Of a DNA stretch of 64,000 nt, positions 28,719 to 41,063 are shown piece after piece. Where the stretch lies: NCBI GenBank assembly GCA_021735685.1, contig JAIPGN010000001.1, forward strand, positions 111,669 to 175,668, given 5' to 3'. How positions within the stretch are numbered: position 1 is the stretch's first letter; the number at the start of each line of letters is the position of its first letter. The notes under the pieces are model-generated. The model was not told the DNA's origin. It was given only the letters and a program-made list of their open reading frames with translations, and did not search any database. Made by a program: the position numbers and the translations under genes. The DNA is from Patescibacteria group bacterium (GTDB lineage Bacteria; Patescibacteriota; Patescibacteriia; UBA2591; UBA6264).

Positions 28719-29487
28719 ATTAAAATTAGAAACCAATGCCCTTAATACTTGGTGTCCAGGTTGTGGGAATTTTGGCATTTTGTTTGCTTTCAAAAAGGCA
28801 ATTTCTTCTTTAATTCAAGAAGGAACTCCTCGAGAAAATATAGTCTTAAGTAGTGGTATTGGTTGCTCTTCCAAAATAGTTGATTATCTTAATTTAAATA
28901 GTTTTTGTTCTTTGCATGGCCGTCCTTTGGCAATAGCCGAGGGGGTTAAAATTGCTAATCCTAAATTAAAGGTAATAGTTTTTGCTGGGGACGGAGGCAC
29001 ATATAATGAAGGAATTTCTCATTTGATCCATGCTGCTAAAAGAAATATTGATCTCACGGTTTTAGTGCATGATAATCGCTGTTTCGCCTTGACCACTGGT
29101 CAATTTACGGCTACTTCTCCTCAGGGCTTCAAAGGAAAGTCAACTCCGCAGGGTTCTCGCGAAGAACCTTTTGATCCTTTGCGATTGATGTTAGCTTCTA
29201 ATGCTAGTTTTATTGCGCGGGGTTATTCGGGTAAAATTGTTCATTTGCAAAAGATAATTTCAGCGGCTCTTAAGCATCCAGGTTTTTCCTTTGTTAACAT
29301 TCTTCAGCCCTGTGTTTCTTTTTTTAACACTACTGACTTTTACAATCAAAGAGTTTACGAAATGAAAGATTGCGACTTGGGCTCTCGCCAGAAAGCTTTG
29401 GCTAAAATGCAAGAATGGAATTATCAAGAAAACGAAAAGAAAATCCCTTTGGGAATTTTCTTGCAGGTTAAACGTCCTGTCTATTAA
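28702..29487 (+). CDS. 2-oxoacid:ferredoxin oxidoreductase beta subunit
   Basis: TWCPGCGN, SGIGCS, HGR, TPP motif GDG...N, LTTGQ, LQPC. Confidence 0.94.
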   Translation: MSDQNKLKLETNALNTWCPGCGNFGILFAFKKAISSLIQEGTPRENIVLSSGIGCSSKIVDYLNLNSFCSLHGRPLAIAEGVKIANPKLKVIVFAGDGGTYNEGISHLIHAAKRNIDLTVLVHDNRCFALTTGQFTATSPQGFKGKSTPQGSREEPFDPLRLMLASNASFIARGYSGKIVHLQKIISAALKHPGFSFVNILQPCVSFFNTTDFYNQRVYEMKDCDLGSRQKALAKMQEWNYQENEKKIPLGIFLQVKRPVY

Positions 29488-29508
29488 TCTTTTTATTGAT
29501 TCATTTTT

Positions 29509-30555
29509 TTAGCTTTCCTCTATCTCTAAGTTGGGGTTAGCTTTTATTTTACGCCAATTATTTTTTAGATTTTGTTTTTTAAGGGAATTTAATTTTTGGT
29601 ATTGAAAATAAGCGGCAACAGCAATCATGGTGGCATTATCCATACAAAATTCTAAAGGAGGGATTAAAATTTTTGGAGAAGAGCTCATTTTTTCGGCTTG
29701 AATCAAAAACTGTTTTCTTAATTCTTGATTAGCGATTACTCCGCCACCTAAAATAATTGAATTAACTTTAAACTCTTGGGCAGCTCGAAAAGTTTTTTTA
29801 AGGAGGACGTCAATGATTGCTTGCTGAGACTCATAGCAAATTTCAGCGATGAATTTTTGATTTTGAAGAAAAGCTTTTCTTTTCTGAATGGTATAAAGAA
29901 CGGCTGTTTTTAGGCCAGAAAAGCTGAAATCATAGTTTTTGCTCTGAATCATGGGCCGGGGCAGTTTAGTTTTTATTTGATTGGGCTTAGCTTGAGCAGC
30001 GTATTGAGAAACAATTGGTCCGCCTGGATAGCCCAGACCAAGTAATTTGGCAATTTTGTCAAAACATTCTCCAGCGGCATCATCACGAGTTTGTCCGATT
30101 TTTTTTTGATGGTGATAATCTTGGAGTAAAATTAATTCCGTGTGTCCGCCAGAGACAATCAAACCGAGAGCGGGGAAAGAGGGGGTTTCCTTAAGAAAGT
30201 TGGCTGCTAAGTGTCCTTGAAGATGATTGACACCTAAAAGAGGTTTTTGCCAAGCCAAAGAAAGAGTTTTGGCTGTTTCTACTCCCACCAAAAGAGAGGT
30301 AATTAGTCCAGGTCCCTCGGTAACCGCAATTAGATCAATAAGCTTTGGTTTAACGCTTAAGGCTTTTTCAATAACAGGAATAATTTTTTTAATATGTTCG
30401 CGGGCCGCTAACTCTGGGATGATTCCCCCGTATTGATTATGTAGAGAAATCTGAGAGGCAATTACTTTTTTTAAAACTTTAAACTTGCCTCGCTCTATTT
30501 TTAAGAGAGAGGCTGCGGTTTCGTCACAAGATGTTTCTATGCCAAGAATAAGCAT
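29509..30555 (-). CDS. tsaD: t6A synthase TsaD
   Basis: GIETSCDETA, GGIIPELAAREH, HLQGH, VSGGHT, DDAAGECFDK, FSFSGLK, DNA.MIA. Confidence 0.96.
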   Translation of the reverse strand: MLILGIETSCDETAASLLKIERGKFKVLKKVIASQISLHNQYGGIIPELAAREHIKKIIPVIEKALSVKPKLIDLIAVTEGPGLITSLLVGVETAKTLSLAWQKPLLGVNHLQGHLAANFLKETPSFPALGLIVSGGHTELILLQDYHHQKKIGQTRDDAAGECFDKIAKLLGLGYPGGPIVSQYAAQAKPNQIKTKLPRPMIQSKNYDFSFSGLKTAVLYTIQKRKAFLQNQKFIAEICYESQQAIIDVLLKKTFRAAQEFKVNSIILGGGVIANQELRKQFLIQAEKMSSSPKILIPPLEFCMDNATMIAVAAYFQYQKLNSLKKQNLKNNWRKIKANPNLEIEES

Positions 30556-30652
30556 AATTGAATAATTTGTTATTAATAATTAATTATTAATGATGAAATT
30601 ATAACTGTTTAATTATTTAAGTCTCAATCCCTGTTTTCTCGCGACTTAGCCT

Positions 30653-30681
30653 TTGACAAATCTCTAATTTATAATTAAAAT
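30653..30681 (+). promoter_or_regulatory. Sigma70-type promoter
   Basis: TTGACA-N17-TAAAAT. Confidence 0.6.
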
Positions 30682-30719
30682 ATAAATTAATAATTTTATC
30701 AACAAAGTTATTTTTGTTT

Positions 30720-32336
30720 ATGCCTAAAATTTCTTCAGGCCTTCAAAAATTAATCAAAGATTATCAATTTTGGCAGAAATCTTTATCTTTGCCTCCTGGA
30801 GCTATTGTTATTCAGGCTGATGAGGTAGCTAGCAAGCTTGCCTCTCTTTATGAGCGTATCAGAAAAGTGGTGGATTGGAAAGAGCAACATTTAATGAGAA
30901 GAGTGGCTATTGAGAGAATTCTAAAAAGAAGGCTTCTTTTAAGAACCAAAGGACAGCAAATTGCTGAGCCTTTTGTTTTAGAATTAGTGCGAGGCGGTTA
31001 TTTTCCTTCTACTCCGATTGAGAAACAAAAAATATCAGTTGTTCAAAAGGTTTTAGATAAGTACATCTTTATTCTTGATCGCCTAAAAAAAATTGATTTA
31101 AAGGGCAAAAATCAAGGAGAGGTTTATACAGATATTTTGGGAATTGCCGCTTGTGAAATTGAAGAAGTTCTGGCGCCTAATTTTTACTTAAAACAAAATG
31201 CTTTAATTCGTTTTGCCGAAGGAGTGATGAGAGAAAGAATCAAAGTGGGAAGCCGAGCGCGGGAATTAACTCAGATCACAGATGAAGAAATTAAAATTCA
31301 AATTTATATTAGCTTACAGCAATCCCTCTTTAAATTAGATGCGCCGATTATTAGTTATAATTTAATTAAGCGTTATTATCCTTTTTGGTCTCATCCTACT
31401 CCTGAGCAAATTAAACCTTTTGCAGAAAGACTGGGGCAAGTTTTGGAAGATATTGAGACTCAACTTAATCATCCTTTAGCTAATAAGTTTTACAAAATAA
31501 TGGAACGCTACAATACTCCTTATTTGTTGTTGGATGATATTCTTAGCGAGGATCCTCAGGTTTTGTCTTCTGATAAAATTGAAGAGCCTTCAGATTTGAA
31601 TCGTTATGTGAGTCGAGCTTATTCGGATCGTTTAAAGACTTTGCGTTCTCGTTTAGGGCGAGCTGCTTTTTACAGCACGCTTTCTATTTTTTTAACCAAC
31701 CTTTTCACTCTTTATGTTTTAGAGTTTCCTTTTGCTAAATACGTGATGGGAAGCATCAATCCTTTGGCGGCAGTAATTGATGTTTTGGGGCCTACTTTTT
31801 TAATGCTTTTTTTAGTTTCTACGGTTAGAACTCCTTCTTCGGGGAACAAAAAAATAGTTTTAGAAGAAGTGCAAAAAATAGTTTACGAGGACATGGAAAA
31901 AGTAAGTTATGAGGTGGAGGTTTATCGTAAAGGTAATTTTGTTTTCCGTTTGATTAATAATTTAATTTATGGCATTAGTTTTGCTGCTTGTTTTGGTCTT
32001 ATTCTTTTTGCTCTTTATAAATTAAATTATCCGCCCCTTTCTTATCTCCTTTTGATTATGTTTACTTCTTTAATTGCTTTTACCGGGAATAAAATTAGAA
32101 AAAGGTCACGTGAATTGCACGTGACTGAAAAGAAAGATAGTTTTTTTCAAGTTATTATTGATTTATTTTCTGTGCCAGTGATGAGTTTAGGGAAATGGTT
32201 TTTGGCCCGTTGGAAAAAGATTAATATTTTGGGAGTAGCCTTTAATGTTTTGATTGACACTCCTTTTTTAATTTTTGTTCAGTTCCTAGAACAATGGAGA
32301 TATTTTTTAAAAGAAAAAAAAGAGAATTTAAGATAA
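30720..32336 (+). CDS. Hypothetical membrane protein (large soluble N-terminal domain, several C-terminal TM segments)
   Basis: Long ORF with host-like codon style; no motif recognised. Confidence 0.8.
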   Translation: MPKISSGLQKLIKDYQFWQKSLSLPPGAIVIQADEVASKLASLYERIRKVVDWKEQHLMRRVAIERILKRRLLLRTKGQQIAEPFVLELVRGGYFPSTPIEKQKISVVQKVLDKYIFILDRLKKIDLKGKNQGEVYTDILGIAACEIEEVLAPNFYLKQNALIRFAEGVMRERIKVGSRARELTQITDEEIKIQIYISLQQSLFKLDAPIISYNLIKRYYPFWSHPTPEQIKPFAERLGQVLEDIETQLNHPLANKFYKIMERYNTPYLLLDDILSEDPQVLSSDKIEEPSDLNRYVSRAYSDRLKTLRSRLGRAAFYSTLSIFLTNLFTLYVLEFPFAKYVMGSINPLAAVIDVLGPTFLMLFLVSTVRTPSSGNKKIVLEEVQKIVYEDMEKVSYEVEVYRKGNFVFRLINNLIYGISFAACFGLILFALYKLNYPPLSYLLLIMFTSLIAFTGNKIRKRSRELHVTEKKDSFFQVIIDLFSVPVMSLGKWFLARWKKINILGVAFNVLIDTPFLIFVQFLEQWRYFLKEKKENLR

Positions 32337-32379
32337 ATAATAGAAATAATTGATTGTTCTCTAGCAGTCAATGTAATTT

Positions 32380-34008
32380 ATGTTTGTTATGACAAAATAT
32401 GTTTTTGTAGTCGGAGGAGTAATGTCGGGATTAGGTAAGGGAGTGGCCACTGCCTCTATGGGTCGGCTTTTACAAAGCAAAGGTTATCGTGTTTCTGCGA
32501 TCAAAATTGATCCCTACATTAATGTTGATGCTGGTACTATGAATCCCGTAGAGCACGGTGAGGTTTTTGTTACTGAAGATGGCTTAGAAACTGATCAAGA
32601 TTTGGGTAATTATGAGCGTTTTTTGAACAAGGATATTACTAGCTTAAATTACATGACCACGGGAAGTGTTTATAGTAGCGTTATTCAGAAAGAAAGAAAT
32701 CTAGAATATCAGGGTCGTTGTGTAGAGGTAATCCCTCATATTCCCAATGAAGTTATTGAGCGCATTAAAAAAGTGGGGCAAGAAACTAAATCCGATATAG
32801 TTTTGATTGAAGTTGGAGGAACTGTTGGAGAATACCAAAATGCTATTTTTTTAGAAGCTGCTCGGATGATGAAGTTAGAAAATCCAGGCCATGTTGTTTT
32901 CGTAATGCTTAGTTATTTGCCCGTGCCCCCTAAAATTGGAGAAATGAAAACTAAACCGACTCAATATGCGGTTCGTACTTTAAATTCAGCTGGCTTGCAA
33001 CCGGATTTTATTTTAGCACGTTCGGTTGTCCCTTTAGATGCGGTGCGCAAAGAAAAAATTTCTACTTTTTGTAATATTTCTCCGGAAAATATTATTTCAG
33101 CGCCAGATGTGGACTCAATTTATAAAGTTCCGCTTAATTTTGCTAAAGATAATTTAGGAGAAAAGATTTTAAAAAAATTGAAATTACCAGCGCGTGCTAG
33201 TGATTTGAAAAAATGGCGGCGTATTGTTAAGACCGCTGCGCAAGCTTCTAAGAAAGTGAATGTTGGTTTAGTTGGTAAATATTTTGCTACTGGTAAATTT
33301 ACTTTAACCGATTCTTATATCTCGGTAATCGAAGCGGTTCGTCATGCTGCTTGGGCCAATAATTGTCGCCCTGTTTTTCATTGGATTAATAGCCAACAGA
33401 TTGAAAAACAAGGAGTTAAGGCTCTCAAAGATTTAGATGGTGTAATCATTACTCAGGGCTGGGGCAAAAGAGGCTCGGAAGGAATGATTAAAGCCATTCA
33501 ATTTTGTCGCGAGAATAAAAAGCCCTGTTTTGGACTTTGTTATGGACTACAAATGGCTGTTATTGAGTTTGCTCGTCATGTTTGCGGGATTAAGGGAGCC
33601 ACTTCAGAAGAAATTGACCCGCAAGCCAAGGATCAAGTTATTCATATTATGCCTGACCAAAAAGATATGGTTGCCCGTAAGCGATATGGAGGAACTATTA
33701 GACTAGGAGCTTATCCTTGTTGTTTACAGCCCAAAAGCCGGGCTGCTAGCATTTATCGACAAAAAAAGATTTTTGAAAGACATCGTCATCGTTATGAATT
33801 TAATAATCAATATCGAAAAGATTTCGAAAAAAAAGGTTTAGTGGTTAGTGGAGTTTCTCCAGATAATAAATTGGTAGAAATCGTTGAAATTTCTGATCAT
33901 CCCTTTTTTCTGGCTACTCAATTTCATCCTGAGTACAAATCACGGCTTTTGGCTCCTCACCCTTTATTTAAAGCTTTTGTTAAAGCCTCTTTATTAACCA
34001 AGAAATAA
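32380..34008 (+). CDS. pyrG: CTP synthase
   Basis: GGVMSGLGKG, KIDPYINVDAGTM, ETDQDLG, KTKPTQ, GLCYGLQ, ERHRHRYE, QFHPE. Confidence 0.98.
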   Translation: MFVMTKYVFVVGGVMSGLGKGVATASMGRLLQSKGYRVSAIKIDPYINVDAGTMNPVEHGEVFVTEDGLETDQDLGNYERFLNKDITSLNYMTTGSVYSSVIQKERNLEYQGRCVEVIPHIPNEVIERIKKVGQETKSDIVLIEVGGTVGEYQNAIFLEAARMMKLENPGHVVFVMLSYLPVPPKIGEMKTKPTQYAVRTLNSAGLQPDFILARSVVPLDAVRKEKISTFCNISPENIISAPDVDSIYKVPLNFAKDNLGEKILKKLKLPARASDLKKWRRIVKTAAQASKKVNVGLVGKYFATGKFTLTDSYISVIEAVRHAAWANNCRPVFHWINSQQIEKQGVKALKDLDGVIITQGWGKRGSEGMIKAIQFCRENKKPCFGLCYGLQMAVIEFARHVCGIKGATSEEIDPQAKDQVIHIMPDQKDMVARKRYGGTIRLGAYPCCLQPKSRAASIYRQKKIFERHRHRYEFNNQYRKDFEKKGLVVSGVSPDNKLVEIVEISDHPFFLATQFHPEYKSRLLAPHPLFKAFVKASLLTKK

Positions 34009-34013
34009 ACAAC

Positions 34014-34050
34014 TTATCCACATTGACTAATTAAGTTTTTGAGATATAAT
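34014..34050 (+). promoter_or_regulatory. rRNA promoter with an abutting perfect DnaA box
   Basis: TTATCCACA (34014-34022) directly followed by TTGACT-N16-TATAAT. Confidence 0.7.
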
Positions 34051-34197
34051 AATAATTAATTAAAAGAACTTCCCAGCTGGTCATATAATTTGATTTAGCT
34101 GAAAAAAGATTATTGCGAAATGTTTACTTTTGTAAAAATTATTGAGCATATTTTTCTGTCGGATGGTTAATTTTTTTTGATTGTAGAAAAAAATGAT

Positions 34198-34238
34198 AAC
34201 CGCCGGCTCGGCGGTTTTTTTAATTGTTCTTTGAAAAT
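34198..34238 (+). promoter_or_regulatory. Terminator-like hairpin followed by an rRNA boxA antitermination site
   Basis: AACCGCCG-GCT-CGGCGGTT plus T run; TGTTCTTTGAAAAT at 34225-34238. Confidence 0.65.
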
Positions 34239-34320
34239 TAAAGAAGAAAAAGCATCTTAAGCTTTAATTATTATATTAAAGCTCACGCCAAAAACATTTA
34301 ATTATTATGAATTAAATGAT

Positions 34321-37367
<3,047 letters not shown>

Positions 37368-37408
37368 ATCATTTAGTTCATAATTTATTTTTCCTAAGGA
37401 CAATAGAA

Positions 37409-37517
37409 TTCTGGTGATTCTGCCGGGGAGGAAACACCTGTTCCCATCCCGAACACAGAAGTTAAGCTCCCTAGGGCCGATGGTAGTCTTTAAGGCGAGA
37501 GTAGGTAATCGCCAGAA
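37409..37517 (+). rRNA. rrf: 5S ribosomal RNA (about 109 nt, short helix IV)
   Basis: CCCATCCCGAACACAGAAGTTAAGC, GCCGATGGTAGT, GAGAGTAGGT; TTCTGGTG/CGCCAGAA terminal stem. Confidence 0.95.
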
Positions 37518-37535
37518 TTCTGTTGTTCTTTTTCT

Positions 37536-37566
37536 AAAACCGCTATTTTTATTTAGCGGTTTTTTT
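37536..37566 (+). terminator. rRNA unit terminator
   Basis: AAAACCGCTA-loop-TAGCGGTTTTTTT. Confidence 0.8.
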
Positions 37567-37613
37567 GTTAAAATCAAAATACCTTTTTTAATGTATTATA
37601 TAATAATATTTAA

Positions 37614-37660
37614 TTTCTCTGCCTACCGGTAGGCAGGCTTGTCTGCCGGTAGGCAGAAAG
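37614..37660. repeat. GC-rich palindromic REP-like repeat (CTGCCTACCGGTAGGCAG doublet)
   Basis: Perfect 18-bp palindrome at 37619-37636 plus a second imperfect unit to 37656. Confidence 0.65.
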
Positions 37661-37699
37661 GCTCTGCGAATAAAGTGAGCAGGTTTTTGTTATAAACAT

Positions 37700-38938
37700 A
37701 TGCAATATATAGCTGACTTTCATATTCATTCTAAGTATTCACGAGCTACCTCGCCCCAAATGGACTTGGAGCATTTAGATTATGAGGCTGCTCGCAAAGG
37801 AATCCAGGTTTTGGGAACCGGGGATTTTACTCATCCTGCTTGGTTTAAAGAATTAAAAGAGAAATTACATCTAGTGTCCGAAGGTATTTATCAAGTTAAA
37901 AACAGTAAATATTTGACTAATTTCATTTTGACTTCGGAATTATCTTGTATCTATAAAAAGAATGGAAAATGTCGCCGAATTCATTTGGTTTTTTTGGCTC
38001 CCAGCTTGGAGGTGGTTGAAAAGATTAACAAAAAATTAGACCAGAGATTTAATATAAGGTCAGACGGTCGTCCTATTTTGGGTGTTGATGCCGAAGAGTT
38101 AGCTAAGCTCATTTTTGATATTTCTCCGAAATGTTTTTTAATTTGCGCCCATATTTGGACTCCCTGGTTTTCTTTGTTTGGCGCTAAATCGGGATTTGAT
38201 ACAGTAGAAGAATGCTTTGGAGAAATGAGTTCCAAAGTTTATGCTATGGAAACGGGTTTAAGTTCTGACCCGGCCATGAATTGGCGCTTGTCAGCTTTGG
38301 ATAAATACACCCTACTTAGTAATTCTGATGCTCATAGTCCTCGCAATTTAGGCAGAGAAGCTAACGTTTTTGATTTAAAAAAATTAACTTATTCTAATCT
38401 AATTAATGCCATTAAAACCAAAAAAGGCCTAGAATATACTATTGAATTTTATCCAGAAGAAGGAAAATATCATTTAGATGGTCATCGAGCCTGTGACATT
38501 AAAATGACCCCTCAGGAATCAATAAAGAACAAAAATATTTGTCCGCAATGTCATCGTCCTCTGACTATTGGCGTCTTGCATCGTGTTAATGAACTAGCTG
38601 ATCGTCCCGAGGGTTTTATTCCTTCGAAAGCCATCCCATTCAAGAGTATTATCCCTTTGCCTGAATTGATTTCCGAAATAAAAGGAGTGGGCCCCAAATC
38701 TAAAACAGTTCAAAAAGAATATGATTCTTTAATTTCTAAGGGCCAAAGTGAATTTAATATTTTACTTCATCTCTCTTTTTCTCAATTAAAAGAAATTACT
38801 TCTTTAGAATTAGCTCGGGCCATTATTAAGGCGAGAGAAGGAAAGGTGATTAAAGAAGCTGGTTATGATGGGGTTTATGGAAAGATAAAAGTGTCCGAGT
38901 CAGAAGATGGTAAAATTTCTCAAAAAAAACTTTTTTAA
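37700..38938 (+). CDS. Endonuclease Q family (PHP domain + Zn finger) DNA repair protein
   Basis: ADFHIHSKYSRATS, GTGDFTHP, AHIWTPWFS, ETGLSSD, SNSDAHS, GKYHLDGHRAC, CPQC, GYDGVYG. Confidence 0.9.
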   Translation: MQYIADFHIHSKYSRATSPQMDLEHLDYEAARKGIQVLGTGDFTHPAWFKELKEKLHLVSEGIYQVKNSKYLTNFILTSELSCIYKKNGKCRRIHLVFLAPSLEVVEKINKKLDQRFNIRSDGRPILGVDAEELAKLIFDISPKCFLICAHIWTPWFSLFGAKSGFDTVEECFGEMSSKVYAMETGLSSDPAMNWRLSALDKYTLLSNSDAHSPRNLGREANVFDLKKLTYSNLINAIKTKKGLEYTIEFYPEEGKYHLDGHRACDIKMTPQESIKNKNICPQCHRPLTIGVLHRVNELADRPEGFIPSKAIPFKSIIPLPELISEIKGVGPKSKTVQKEYDSLISKGQSEFNILLHLSFSQLKEITSLELARAIIKAREGKVIKEAGYDGVYGKIKVSESEDGKISQKKLF

Positions 38939-38998
38939 CCCAAATGTTTTTTCACAAATTAAATTAATCAGCAAATACCTTGGATTGTTCCAAAATAA

Positions 38999-39153
38999 AT
39001 GTACGAGGTCGAACCTCGTACATACTTAGGGGTTCAGCCCCTAAGCTCTACTGAGCCTTAACCTTGCAATGTCAATTTGTTAAAAAACTGTAAATGGTTG
39101 ACCCCTGGGTTAACCGACAAAAGATTTCCTCGCGGGTTTGACTTATGAGGAAG
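38999..39153. repeat. Cluster of short palindromic hairpins (REP/BIME-like)
   Basis: ATGTACGAGGTCGAACCTCGTACAT (38999-39023), CTTAGGGGTTCAGCCCCTAAG (39025-39045), GGTTGACCCCTGGGTTAACC, TTCCTCGCGGGTTTGACTTATGAGGAA. Confidence 0.7.
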
Positions 39154-39182
39154 TGAAAAATAAAAAATTAAGAACAAAAATT

Positions 39183-39923
39183 ATGAAAACAAAAATACAA
39201 GGCAAAGAGTCGGTCATGGATTATTATCAAGATGATGAGGTGGCCTCGAAATACATAGAGCAAAGATATAGCTCTCTTTTTGGAAAACTAAGGAATGAAA
39301 TAGAGATTAAAGTCATCAATTCTTTTTTGAAATATTTAAATCCTAAAACGACCTTAGATTTGGCTACAGGCACAGGAAGAATAACTAAAAGTTTGAAAAA
39401 CTATGGCCAGGGTTATGCACTTGATACGAGTGGAGAAATGTTAGAACACGCTAAAAAGGATATAAATAATTGGACGTTAAGAAAATCAGATGCATTTGAT
39501 ACGCAATTTGAGGATAATTTTTTTGATGTTGTTATATCAACTCGCTTTATCTGGCATTTTGATAAATCTAATAGAATTAAGTTATTTGCAGAAATCCGCA
39601 GAATATTAAAAGATAATGGTCACCTTATTTTTGACTTCCCAAACGCAAATATAAAAAGATTTATTCGAAAAAAGGCAAAAATAGGCTTCAAAAGAATTTA
39701 TACTCAATCCTGGACCACGGCAGGAATCAAAGAAGAATTGTTTAAGAATAATTTTCAGATTGTCTCCATAAAAGGCATTTTGCATAATCCTAAAATATTG
39801 CGTAATATGTCTGACAAATCGAGTTCCATGGTTAATTTTTTTAAAATGAAATTGGCAAATATATTAAGTCGCAAAGAGGCTTATAATTATGTAGTTCTTG
39901 CCATAAAGACTAAAGAGAGTTGA
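39183..39923 (+). CDS. Class I SAM-dependent methyltransferase
   Basis: LDLATGTG, LDTS..ML, DA...F....FDVV, RRILK.NG. Confidence 0.88.
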   Translation: MKTKIQGKESVMDYYQDDEVASKYIEQRYSSLFGKLRNEIEIKVINSFLKYLNPKTTLDLATGTGRITKSLKNYGQGYALDTSGEMLEHAKKDINNWTLRKSDAFDTQFEDNFFDVVISTRFIWHFDKSNRIKLFAEIRRILKDNGHLIFDFPNANIKRFIRKKAKIGFKRIYTQSWTTAGIKEELFKNNFQIVSIKGILHNPKILRNMSDKSSSMVNFFKMKLANILSRKEAYNYVVLAIKTKES

Positions 39924-40072
39924 ATCATGGGAAAATAAGAATAATTTACCTTTAATTAAAATTGTTTTATGCCTCCTGGAGGCATCACCAAAAATTTTTA
40001 CGGGATGAATGATATTACGCAAGAGTTTCATAAGTTATTAGATTTAGTGAAAGATAAGTTAATTTTTATCTT

Positions 40073-40228
40073 ATGAGCATTAATAAATTTCCTTATCAAA
40101 TTCATCTATGTTTGGGAATTATTTGGATTCTGGTCGGAATATTTTTTCATTCAGGGATAGAGCTAATCGTCTGGACGATTGGTGGTCTAGTGATGATTGT
40201 GATTGGTTTGATAAACAAAGGCTCTTGA
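40073..40228 (+). CDS. Small two-TM membrane protein, 51 aa (not in ORF track)
   Basis: MSINKFPYQIHLCLGIIWILVGIFFHSGIELIVWTIGGLVMIVIGLINKGS*; ends 12 bp before the radical SAM start. Confidence 0.6.
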   Translation: MSINKFPYQIHLCLGIIWILVGIFFHSGIELIVWTIGGLVMIVIGLINKGS

Positions 40229-40240
40229 GAGAAAATCAAG

Positions 40241-41053
40241 ATGATATTAAAAGAAATTGAGGCAAAATCAATTATCGTTAAATCAAATCTCCCGGAGGGG
40301 GATTTCGTTATTAATCCTTATACTGGTTGTGGTCACGCTTGTCTTTATTGTTATGCTAGGTTTATGAAGAGATTTACTAATCACTCTGAATCTTGGGGAG
40401 ACTTTATCGATATAAAAATTAATGCTCCAAACTTAATTCCCGAAAATACTGAAAAATTCAAGAACAAATCAATAGTCTTTGGCTCGGTGACAGATGCTTA
40501 TCAGCCATTAGAGGGGAAGTATAAGTTAACTCGGCAAATTCTTCAAAAGTTAATACCATTACAGCCGAATTTGGATATTATTACCAAGTCAAACCTTGTT
40601 TTGAGAGATATTGATTTATTGAAACAATTTGACAATTGCACAGTCGCTATTTCTGCTTCTTTTCTAGACGAAAAGGTTAAGAATAAATTAGAGCCTCAAT
40701 CAATTGCCACAAAAAAGAGGATAGATATCCTAAAACAATTGCGTAAAGCCGGTATCAAAACCGTTTTGTTTGTCTCGCCAATTTTTCCTGAAATTAGTGA
40801 TTGGAAAAAATTAACAGATTCAACTCAAGATTTCGTTAATCAGTATTGGTTTGAAAGTTTAAATCTTTATCCATCAATCAGAAAAGAGGTTTATAAATTT
40901 TTAAAAGGATATAATCCCGATTTAATCTCTAGATATAAAGAGATTTATTCTTCTAATAGTCATTATTGGGATAGAACAGAAGACGAAATACAAGATTATT
41001 GTAAGCAAAATAAATTGGATTATCGAATTTATTTTCATCACAAGAGTAAATAA
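40241..41053 (+). CDS. Radical SAM protein, spore photoproduct lyase-like family
   Basis: INPYTGCGHACLYCYA (CxxxCxxC), GSVTDAYQP.E, ITKS.LVLRDID. Confidence 0.9.
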   Translation: MILKEIEAKSIIVKSNLPEGDFVINPYTGCGHACLYCYARFMKRFTNHSESWGDFIDIKINAPNLIPENTEKFKNKSIVFGSVTDAYQPLEGKYKLTRQILQKLIPLQPNLDIITKSNLVLRDIDLLKQFDNCTVAISASFLDEKVKNKLEPQSIATKKRIDILKQLRKAGIKTVLFVSPIFPEISDWKKLTDSTQDFVNQYWFESLNLYPSIRKEVYKFLKGYNPDLISRYKEIYSSNSHYWDRTEDEIQDYCKQNKLDYRIYFHHKSK

Positions 41054-41063
41054 GAATTTTGTT

